Source: Octopus vulgaris (taxonomy: Eukaryota). From it: a stretch of 64,000 bases of DNA. The stretch is taken from NCBI GenBank assembly GCA_951406725.2, contig OX597818.1, forward strand, positions 110,732,001 through 110,796,000, in the 5' to 3' direction. Every line of letters begins with the position of its first letter. Position 1 is the first letter of the stretch. Shown piece by piece: positions 53,690 to 64,000 of the stretch. The position numbers were made by a program, and so were the translations under genes. Under the pieces are notes generated by a model. The model was not told the origin of the DNA, made no database searches, and saw only the letters and a list, made by a program, of their open reading frames with translations.

Positions 53690-54567
53690 TGTAGACCTCT
53701 GGAGGTATGCTGTGACTGCGAAGACCTGGCAAATAAAGTGAGTCCCCAGCTGTAACTTACACCAGTGTCGCATAACCAGCCCACTCAAAAGTACCTTGGA
53801 TCGTAGGGTGAAATGCCGTGCTTGAGGAGAAAACAGATTAATGTGGAGTCTTTATCAGCAGAAGTGTCCCCTCCAATGAGGAGTGATGGTCTCTTACAAA
53901 GAGGGTCTTCACTAACTTTGTTTCTGCAAAGTCTGTAGAGGTGCATATTTAACAAGAACCCAAAAGGCTCTGCTACAATTACAAAGACAACAGGGCTGGC
54001 TGGTTGCACAATGAAGAGCACAAAGTCAGTGTGTCTTCTGTTCCTGGCAGTCATTTTGTAGCCGTTATAAAACAGTGAGCGAACAACACTTTCAGTGATG
54101 GATAGATTTCAAAATCAAATGGAAATTGCAGTTGTGGCCGATGCCAGTATCACCTGATTGGCTCTTGTGCTAGTGGCACACAATAAGCACCATCCATGCG
54201 TGGGTCATTGCTTGTGTCACCTTACTGGGTCCCTGTACTTGTGACATATAAAAACCATCATCCGAACGTTGATCGATGCCAGCCCTCTCCTCCCGATTGG
54301 TTCCTGTGCCGGTAGCACATAAAAAAGCACCATCCGAACCTGGCCGATGCCAATACCACTTGACTGATTCCTGTACTGGTAGCACATAAAAAGCACCCAC
54401 TACACTATCGGAGTGGTTGGCATTAGGGAGGGCATCCAGCTGTAGAAACATTGCCAGATCAGATTGGAACAGCCTCTTGGCTAGCCAGTCCCCAGTCAAA
54501 CTGTCCAACCCATGCCAGCATGGAAAGCGGACGTTAAGCGATGACGATGATGATGATAATGATGATG
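53690..54567 (+). mobile_element. RTE LINE 3'-UTR copy (representative of a very abundant family)
   Basis: Ends GAGTGGTTGGCATTAGG.AGGGCATCCAGCTGTAGAAAC...CCATGCCAGCATGGAAAGCGGACGTTAA(GAT)n, the same end as the LINE at 28243. Others near 27334, 39925-40270, 40895, 43250, 47090, 48590, 51302, 55060, 60200-60840, 62195-62700, 63810. Confidence 0.8.
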
Positions 54568-55248
54568 GCAGCTTTTGTTGTTTGAAGGAATTGGGTGAAC
54601 ATAGCAAGGATGATAGTATCAGCCACAAGGTCAGCTGTCTCAGGCAGGTCACAGATGAAATACATTCGATGCCAGACAGAACAGAATTGGTGAACATCTA
54701 ATTAAGTGACCAGGGAGTTTGGGGCACGAGGAAGGTTGCAGTGCCATCAGAAGACGTGGAGTGTATTGTGTGTGATTGGGTAAAAATTAATCACAGGACT
54801 CAATTCAGAAACGAGAAAGAGATCAAGAATGCTTGGTGTGGAAGATTAGTAATCTGCTAACGAGGAGATTAATTAATGAATTAGCACCTTGGTAAGGTGC
54901 TAATAAGGAGATTCATTAATGAATTACTGCCTTGGTAATGTACTAATGAGGAGACTGATTAATGAATTACCATCTTGGTAATGCTTGTCTGTGGGTGAGG
55001 GCTCTGCCCTGTCAATCTTCTCCCCCCAACCACATTTCATCCCCTAACACTCATAAAGTACTGGTGCTGATGCCATATAAAAGGCACCTAGTCACACTCT
55101 ATAAAGTGGTTCATGTTAGGGAGGGCATCCAGCTGTAGAAACCATGCCAGGACAGGCAATGGGACCTGGTGCAGCTACCCCACAGTTGGCCAGCTCCTGT
55201 CAAACCAGCCAGCCAATGCCAGCATGAACGAGGGAAGTTAAATAATAA

Positions 55249-56008
55249 AATACATTATTTACATTTGATACATATTTGTCCTCATCTTTGTTGTTAACAC
55301 GTTTCAGCTGATATACTCTCCAGCCTTCTTCAGGTATCTTGGGGAAATTTCGAACCTGGGTTCTCATTCCTAAAGTATTTTCAATGTTATTATTATTATT
55401 ATTATTGAGTGAGAGAGCAGTTCATGCCATCAAGGTGACACTGGGGTAAAATATACGAAGCCCAATATACCCATCATGACTACCCGTCTGATAAAGGTAC
55501 ACCAGGCACATGCATCACAACCATATGTGCGCGACATGGTGATCTCATATCAAGATAAACAGCACATGACCTTGCAGGTGGGGCCCAGTTAGAATTTTCT
55601 TCAGGTTGAGTAGCCCATCCCGCTCAAACGGTCTCTGAATAAGGGTTGTTTAAGGATGTTGAAAGAACCACCCATGTTTCCAGAGGCGAACTATTCAAAC
55701 CCCAAAGAATCCCTCTCAACACATGGCTATGATGCTCCCCCACTACTTCTGCTTGTGATCAGAGATGCACATATCGTCAGCCACTAAGGGACATGCTCAA
55801 CTGGTTAAGGTCAAACAACTGACAAGCAAATCTGTGGTATTGAGCAGAATATTTGCTGTAGCCCATCTTTTATACCAAGACAAAACAATGTACATGATAA
55901 CACTTCCAATCAGTTAAGATCAGAAGCCATGAGAGCCACTGCCTGGTACTGCATCAGGGCATTTATTATTTATTATTATTATTATTATTATTCAGGGGAT
56001 CATATTAT

Positions 56009-56061
<53 letters not shown>

Positions 56062-56214
56062 CATCGGAAAAAACCTTAGGTATGAGAAACCAGGTTCGAA
56101 GACTGGAGGGTATATCAGCCGAAACGTTGTGTTAACAACAAACAAGATGAGGACAAATATCCGTCAAAAGTAAATAATGTAAATAATTCCTCATCTCTTA
56201 ATTATAGAACTGTA
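55249..56214 (-). mobile_element. Non-autonomous composite retroelement, copy 2 (inverted pLTR-like arms, hammerhead motif)
   Basis: 11-bp TSD TTAAATAATAA (55238-48, 56215-25); inserted in the tail of an RTE 3' end; same arms and core as copy 1. Confidence 0.8.
55296..55339 (-). ncRNA. Minimal type I hammerhead-like motif (degenerate)
   Basis: Minus strand GATAC-CTGAAGA-A-GGCTG-gagagtatat-CAGCT-GAAA-CGTGTT; CUGANGA, stem II and GAAA present. Confidence 0.6.
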
Positions 56215-56674
56215 TTAAATAATAATGTTGATGGTGATGATGATGATGAATCAGTCCTCAAGCTCTGTACCAGCTGCATTGGTAAAGAATAACCTCAAGA
56301 ACCAGGAAAAGTTATTGACTTTAAAATGACCGAGAATGATGAGAAGAGAGAGAGAGAGAGAAAGAGAGAGAGGGGGAGAGGTAAAGTGAGAGAGATGTTT
56401 TGAATAGAGGAAAGAGAGAAAGAAAATTTGTTGGACGCCTACTGGCAGCAGATGGAGCAAGGAGAATGGTAAAGATAGCAGAAGAATGTAGAGGAATGAG
56501 GAAGCAATCTTGAAGCGAGAATACTTGCCAAGTGAAGATGGGTGATAATAGACACACAATGAAGTTAGAATATGATCCCAGGCATTGGTGAGGCATCGGG
56601 GAAGGAATTGTGTCTCGGAAAAAAAGAATTAATTAGGACCAATTAACAAAAAGCTATCCGTATTAATTACTTAC

Positions 56675-56775
56675 TTTTGTTCCTCTTGCATTGAATTCAA
56701 CTGCTCCAGCTTTCCCTTCTGTTCGTTTTCCACTTTGCTGATCATCTCCTTCACAATGGTAATATAGGCACTAAA
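56675..56775 (-). CDS. SCYL2: SCYL2 exon (coiled coil)
   Basis: FSAYITIVKEMISKVENEQKGKLEQLNSMQEEQ; ttgcag acceptor, AA|GTAAGT donor, phase 0 to 2. Confidence 0.93.
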
Positions 56776-56933
56776 CTGCAACCAGAGCAAAAATAACAGA
56801 CATCACACGGCTTTTCCTGCCTTTTCTTACTTCTACCAATACTAATATTCCTTACTACTACTACTGTTACTACTACTACTACTACTACTACTGTTACAAC
56901 ACAATCGACCAGATAAGTCATCGTCTATTAATC

Positions 56934-59082
56934 TCTCAACTGTGAAATGATATTAAATGAGTGACTCAACACTAACCACTCAACTGTGAAGTGAGACTAG
57001 ATGAGTGACTCGACACTAACCACTCAACTGTGAAGTGAGACTAGACGAGTGACTCGACACTCGCTACCCAACTCTGAAGTGAGCCTAGATGAGTGACTCG
57101 ATAGTAACCACTCAACTGTGAAGTGAGGCTAGATGAGTGACTCGACAGAAACCACTCACCTGTGAAGTGAGACCAGATGAGTGACTCGACATCAACCACT
57201 CACCTGTGAAGTGAGACTAGATAAGTGACTCAACATCAACCACTCACCTGTGAAGCGAGACTAGATTAGTGACTCGACAGTAACCACTCAAATGTGAAGT
57301 GAGACTAGATGAGTGACTGGACAGTAACCACTCACCTGTGAAGTGAGACTAGATGAGTGACTTGACACTCACAACTCAACTGTGAAGTGATAGTAGATGA
57401 GTGACTCGACACTCACTATTCACCTGTGAAGCGAGACTAGATGAGTGACTCGACAGTAACCACTCAACTGTCAAGTGAGACTAGATGAGTGACTTGACAC
57501 TCAACTGTGAAGTGAGGCTAGATGAGTGACTCGACAGTAACCACTCACCTGTGAAGTGAGACTAGATGAGTGACTCGACATCAACTACTCACCAGTGAAG
57601 CGAGACTAGATGAAATAATCGACATCAACCACTCACCTGTGAAGCGAGACTAGATGAGTGACTCAACACTAACCACTCAACTGTGAAGTGAGACTGGATG
57701 AGTGGCTCGACACTCACCACTCAACTGTGAAGTGAGCCTAGATGAGTGACTCGACAGTAACCACTCAACTGTGAAGTGAGACTAGATGAGTGACTCGACA
57801 GTAACCACTCAACTGTGAAAGTGAGACTAGATGAGTGACTCAACACTCACCACTCAACTGTGAAGTGAGACTAGATGAGTGACTCAACAGTAACCACTCA
57901 ACTGTGAAGTAAGACTAGATGAGTGACTTAATACTAACCACTCAACTGTGAAGTGAGACTAAATGAGTGACTCAACAGTAAACCACTCAACTGTGAAGTG
58001 AGACTAGATGAGCAACTCGACATCAACCACTCACCAGTGAAGTGAGACTAGATGAGTGACTCGACACTCACCACTCAACTGTGAAGTGAGACTAGATGAG
58101 TGACTCAACACTCGCTACTCAACTCTGAAGTGAGCCTAGATGAGTGACTCGACAGTAACCACTCAACTGTGAAAGTGAGACTAGATGAGTGACTCGACAG
58201 TAACTACTCACCTGTGAAGTGAGACTAGATGAGTGACTCAACACTCACCACTCAACTGTGAAGTGAGCCTAGATGAGTGTCTCGATAGTAACCACTCAAC
58301 TGTGAAGTGAGGCTAGATGAGTGACTCGACAGTAACCACTCACCTGTGAAGTGAGACTAGGTGAGTGACTCAACAGTAAACCACTCAACTGTGAAGTGAG
58401 ACTAGATGAGCAACTCGACATCAACCACTCACCAGTGAAGTGAGACTAGACGAGTGACCCGACACTCACCACTCAACTGTGAAGTGAGACTAGACGAGTG
58501 ACTCAACACTCGCTACTCAACTCTGAAGTGAACCTAGATGAGTGACTCGATAGTAACCACTCACCTGTGAAGCGAGACTAGGTGAGTGACTCGACAGAAA
58601 CCACTCAACCTGTGAAGTGAGACTAGATGAGTGACTCGACATCAACCACTCACCTGTGAAGTGAGACTAGATGAGTGACTCGACATCAACCACTCACCTG
58701 TGAAGCGAGATTAGATGAGTGACTCGACAGTAACCACTCAACTGTAAAGTGAGACTACATGAGTGGCTTGACACTCACCACTCAACTGTGAAGTGAGACA
58801 AGACAAGTGACTCGATAGTAACCACTCACCTGTGAAGCGAGACTAGGTGAGTGACTCAACACTAACTACTCAACTGTGAAGTGAGACTAGATGAGTGACT
58901 CGACATCAACCACTCACCTGTGAAGTGAGACTAGACGAGTGACTCGACACTCACCACTCAACTGTGAAGTGAGACTAGATGAGTGACTCGACACTCGCTA
59001 CTCAACTCTGAAGGGAGGCTAGATGAGTGACTCGACAGTAACCACTCAACTGTGAAGTGAGACTAGACGAGTGACTCAACAC
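56934..59082. repeat. 44-bp minisatellite, ~49 copies, in a SCYL2 intron
   Basis: Consensus CCACTCA(A/C)CTGTGAAGTGAGACTAGATGAGTGACTCGACA(GTAA/CTCA/TCAA/CTAA). Confidence 0.97.
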
Positions 59083-59205
59083 AAAATTTGATAAATTGTT
59101 AAGTCTAATAATCTAATAAAAAATGTAATAAATTGTTCAATAAAACGATTGTTAACAGGTGTAAAATGAGTGGGAAAAGAGGTTTCACAAATAAAGTTTA
59201 CTCAC

Positions 59206-59324
59206 CTGGTTCAGATTTAAATTATTTTCAATGCACAAAGGTACTAAGAATGGAATGATTTTTGTGGCCAGAATTTCTTTTGTAAATCCTAATTTTGGAT
59301 GGGAAAATGTCACCTTCAGGATTC
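59206..59324 (-). CDS. SCYL2: SCYL2 exon (HEAT region)
   Basis: GILKVTFSHPKLGFTKEILATKIIPFLVPLCIENNLNLNQ; gtgcag acceptor, CAG|GTGAGT donor, phase 1 to 0. Confidence 0.95.
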
Positions 59325-59601
59325 CTGCACAGAAAAAATATTTGATTAGCCATTAGCTATACAATACAAATAAGAAAACCTTGATAAAAAAAAAAGAAAA
59401 AATTCTTCGATTAGCTTCATCACAATATCCATATGACCACTAACTTTCATGTTATTCCAATTATCTCCGGTTGGGGGAAGTGTTTGTAAATCATTACAGT
59501 CACTGATTCTCTCAGTCAGACTTAAATTCCAAATCAGAAACAAATTAAAAAATAAATCCAATTCCTTGAAAATTTGTTCCACAAAGATGTTTAACCCTTA
59601 A

Positions 59602-59823
59602 CCCTTTTGTTACTGTATTTATTTTGAGATGCTCTGTGTTTCTTTCAATTAATTTTAAATATAACAAAGAATTTAGTAAAATAACTTAGTTATCATTCAG
59701 CTAGTATTAGGAACATAAATTGTGACAAAGGTTTGGTGGAAGATTTCAATTCAAAACTTATGAAAATAAGACTTTTGTAGTACAGAGCCAGGGGTAGTTT
59801 CAACCGGGTTGGTAATGTAAGGG
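59602..59823. mobile_element. piggyBac-type MITE
   Basis: TTAA|CCCTTTTGTTAC ... GTAATGTAAGGG|TTAA; matches 48874-49095. Confidence 0.8.
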
Positions 59824-60861
59824 TTAACTCTTTTCTGTTAAGTGGATGAGAGAGCATTTTCCTCCTGTATAGGATGATAACCTAATACAGATAACTTTTC
59901 CCAGAAATATCGATTTCCCACAACTCAATCAACTGCAACATATACAAGCTAAATTATCTTTACAAAAGACTACACAAAATGTCTGAAATAATAGATGTAA
60001 ATATCACCATCACCATCATCATTTAATGTCCATTTTTCCATACTGGCAAGTCAGAAGACTGCACCAAGTTCCATTGTCTGCTTTCACATGGTCTCTATGG
60101 CCAGATGTCCTTCCTAACACAATAAATTTCATTTGGTAACATTATTTATTACACCTCTTATAGACGCAATCTTTTCTTTTATTTTTCATAACTTGAAGGA
60201 ATCCGGGGTAGAAGTAGAACCAGGAAGACATGGGATGAGGTGGTGAAGCATGACTTTTGAACATTGCGCCTCACACGGGCAATGACAAAAGACCGAGACC
60301 TCTGGAGATATGCTGTGATTGCGAAGACCCGACAAATAAAGTGAGTTCACAGCTGTAACCTACACCAGTGTTGCATAACCAGCCCACTCAAAAGTACCTT
60401 TGGATTGTAGGGCGACATGCTGTGCTTGAGGAGACCTGTTGAGTCAAGTACATCAAAATCAAATGGAAATTGTAGTTGTGATCCCCGTGCTGCTGGCACG
60501 TAAAAAGCACCATCCAAATGTGGCCAATGCCAATGCCGCCTTGACTGGCTTTTGCGCTAGTGACACGTAAAAAGCATCAACTGATTGTGGTCATTGCCAG
60601 CCTCCTCTGGCCCCTGTGCCAGTGATACATAAAAAGCACCCACTACACTCTTGGAGTGGTTGGCATTAGGAAGGGCATCCAGCTGTAGAAATTCTGCCAG
60701 ATCAGACTGGAGCCTGGTGCAGCCATCTGGCTCACCAGTCCTCAGTCAAACCATCCAACCCATTCCAGCATGGAAAACAGATGTAAAACGATGACGACGA
60801 TGACGATGATAATGATGATGATGACGATAATCATGATGATGATATTCAAAGAGAAACCTAC

Positions 60862-60994
60862 CTAAAATACTCATAAGCACTCCAGGTTCTCGAGACGGTA
60901 TTTGAGGCAGCAACGGAATCACTTCATCCAGCACGCACCATTTATCCATGTATTCCAGAAGTTTACCAATACACACAAGGCATCCAACTCGTAC
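60862..60994 (-). CDS. SCYL2: SCYL2 exon (HEAT region)
   Basis: VRVGCLVCIGKLLEYMDKWCVLDEVIPLLPQIPSREPGVLMSILG; ctgcag acceptor, G|GTAGGT donor, phase 0 to 1. Confidence 0.95.
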
Positions 60995-61905
60995 CTGCAG
61001 GGTGAAAACAATGATATGAAATAGAGACACGATGCACAAAGTCAAGGCAGTAAGAGTCACCAGTAGAAGAAATGAAATGCTGCTGTGGTTGTTAATGCCA
61101 TTATTTACAGGCTCAAGTGTAAAGAATGGTTTTTGCCATCTATAAGCATCCCAATATCTTTCAGCAGCACTAGGACTGGTCAGTGTCCAGTGTATGGGCA
61201 CTGTGAATGAGGCTCAGCCCATTTTTCAAAGAATGGTCAGGACCATTTTGTGAATCTTCAATACCAGCATAAGATCCATAGTGTCCCCACATTCCTCAGT
61301 TGGAATCTTTATTGACACCAAGCAACTTGCCTCAGCTTGTCTTTGAATCAAGCCAACAGGTTAGGAACACTTTTAAGAACTTTACTAAACCTAAAATTTT
61401 GCACAGGAATTGCAGACTTGCTTACCATTTTATTTTCAAGCCTCATGGCAATGGGAAGATGGAAGCAGATGCAGACCTAAGATGCTTGATGGGGTTGTCA
61501 CCAACCTGTACATAAGTGTCCTATTTTAATTTGAGATGCTTACTTAGACATGAGCAGACAGCCATCATCTTTAACGTACAGACAAACATGAATATTTCTT
61601 GCAATAGTGAATCTTGGAGAAGATGATAAAGTTATAAATAGTCACATCAAAATATTGGGTTGTAAAAAGCCCAAAGGATAGAAAAAATCCCACTGCTTCA
61701 AAACAGAATTATTTCACATTCTTTCAAAAGTTTAGAAGTTATTATGACATCAACAATTTTTGTGTGTGTTTGTGCATACACACACACACACACACACAAA
61801 CACATTTTAATTTTAATTTCATGCAGAGAAAAGCAGCAAACTAACAAAAAGAGAATTTAAAACAAAACAGATGAGAATTAAAGAGAAGATAAATTAGATA
61901 TTCAC

Positions 61906-62019
61906 CGAAAGGCTTGAGGTGGCTAAACACATTTTCTTGATCCTTGGTATTATGCAATTTTTCAGGGACGTATATTCAATAAGACTAGCAAAAGTAGGTA
62001 TGATATTGAGAACAAGTTC
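61906..62019 (-). CDS. SCYL2: SCYL2 exon (HEAT region); upstream exons lie beyond the window
   Basis: ELVLNIIPTFASLIEYTSLKNCIIPRIKKMCLATSSLS; ccacag acceptor, TCG|GTGAAT donor, phase 0 to 0. Confidence 0.95.
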
Positions 62020-63581
62020 CTGTGGAAACAGAAATATTTTGGGGTTATTAAATTTTTAAAATACTTTTGCTGGAATCTTCTATCTTAGAAAAGATTGTTA
62101 TAAACCACTCATGGGCAACCTGCAGCCAACAAGAATTATATATATAACTAACTTTCCCCGTGCCATCAAAAATGATGGCTAATTGTAGTATTTTCATCAT
62201 CATCATCGTAGTCATCATTTAACGTCCGCTTTCCATGCTGGCATGGGTTGGACAGTTTGATTGAGGACTGGTGAGCCAGAGGCTGCACCAGACTCCAATC
62301 TGATCTGGCAGAGTTTCTACAGCTGGATGCCCTTCCTAATGCCAACCACTCCGAGAGTGTAGTGGGTGCTTTTACATGCCACCGGCACGAGGGCCAGTCA
62401 GGCGGTTCTGGCAACGACCACGCTCAAAAGGTGTTTTTTTCCATGCCACCTGCAAATGAGCCAGTCCGGCAGCACTGGCAACATCCATGCTCAAATGTTG
62501 TTTTTCATGTGCCACCGGCACATGTGCTGGTATGGTTATGCTGACGTTGATCATGCTTGAATGGTGCTTTTCATGTGTCACTGTTATGGGAGCCAATCCA
62601 CAGCCGTGGCAACGATAACGCTCGGATGTGCTTTTAACATTCCACTGGCACAAGTGCCAATCAGGCAGTACTGTCATCGGCCACGTCAGCGATTTTGATA
62701 TAAATCTGGATGGTAAATCAAATAAATACACTCATCAATGTTCACATACAGTCACATACTTCCCTTGTACACATACAGTTAAAACGCTGTTTGATTTTTC
62801 TTTTCAGCATTGAATTTCCATCATCCCACTACCACTTTGCCATCACCCCTTCCTTTCTTATTCATATGTTGTGACAAAGAAAAACACGAGTATTATTATA
62901 GTAGATTTTTGAGAACCCAGACAAATAGAAAGCAAAGTGATTTGAGAGAGATTTGAACTAAAAGCATAAAGGGACATAACTATGTTCCGCAATGTACTTT
63001 TGTGCCCTGCACTAATTAAATCTGCTAATCACCAGCATCTAATAAAACAATTTATCAAAATAAAAAAAAAACATTAACAAAAACAGACAAGCGTTACTCT
63101 TTGGAAGTAACAAGACTATTTAATTATCCATAGAAGCGTTTAATTAATTTAAATGTTTACAATTATTCTTTTCTACTCTAGGCACAAGGCCCGAAATTTT
63201 GGGGTGAGGGGGCCAGTCAGTTAAATCGACCCAGTACGCAACTAGTACTTAATTTCAAATGCTTACCAATATTAGCAGAACAATAATTTACCTGCTGGCA
63301 CCGAAACAACGCAAATGCATTGAACTGGGGGTCGATATTTTAGCCATGAAGTAGAGACTGTAAAAATACCTTTATTCTTTTATGCTTTTACTGGTTTCAG
63401 TCATTTGACTGCGGCCATACTGGAGCACCACCTTTAGTTGAGCAAATCACCCCCAGGACTTATTCTTTGCAAACCTAGTACTTATTATATCAGCCTCTTT
63501 TGCCGAACTGCTAAGTTACAGGAACATAAACATACCAGCATCGGTTGTCAAGAGATGTTGGGGAGACAAACACAGGCACAA

Positions 63582-63623
<42 letters not shown>

Positions 63624-64000
63624 CGGGCTTCTTTCAGTTTCCATCTACCAAATCCACTCACAAGGGAAGGAACTTAGTAAAACTTAAATAATGAAGACAG
63701 TGAAATGTGATTTGAGGGTGATTTAGTTGCAATTTCTAGCAGCAAACAGTATAAAGTAGCATAACATTGCTTCATGTACAATAATTTATATTTGACTGAA
63801 ATTCCTCATCACCATCATCATCATCATTTAACATCCATCGTCCATGCATGCATGGGAAGGGATCCAGCCAGGTAGATGACTACCCCAGGCTATTATGACT
63901 GTTTTGGCAGGGTTTTTACGATTCGATGCCCTTCCTGACACCAACCACTGCATAGAGTGGACTCAGTGCTTTTTATCTGGCACTAGCACAGGCAAGGTTA

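Noticed and set aside
56934-59082. CRISPR-like array
   Set aside because: No unique spacers (variable slot is only 4-6 nt and recurs), no cas genes, eukaryotic intron.
60746-61201. 151-aa standalone ORF
   Set aside because: Only 60862-60994 is a SCYL2 exon; the rest is intron and an RTE tail.

Overview
Eukaryotic, AT-rich, repeat-dense genomic DNA, most likely octopus/coleoid cephalopod (inferred from the SINE/RTE landscape; not verified). Two convergent intron-rich genes: (+) a ~931-aa DZIP3/TTC3-like protein with a C-terminal RING-H2 (9 frame-consistent coding exons, 13062-34859), and (-) the 3' half of SCYL2/CVAK104 (exons 62019 to 38075). The rest is a decayed Gypsy LTR element, mariners, a Penelope (RT + GIY-YIG) fragment nested in a hAT MITE, RTE/CR1 LINE and Helitron fragments, piggyBac-type and foldback MITEs, and many SINEs. 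Most notable: (1) two TSD-flanked copies of a non-coding element with inverted arms carrying degenerate minimal hammerhead-ribozyme motifs, one with a tRNA-like Pol III head, lying on either side of a SCYL2 exon; (2) a candidate pair of mutually exclusive SCYL2 exons; (3) a ~49-copy 44-bp intronic minisatellite that on the SCYL2 sense strand is packed with YCAY motifs and CAG|GTGAGT recursive-splice-like sites. Exon coordinates were read by eye and frame-checked; repeat boundaries are approximate.
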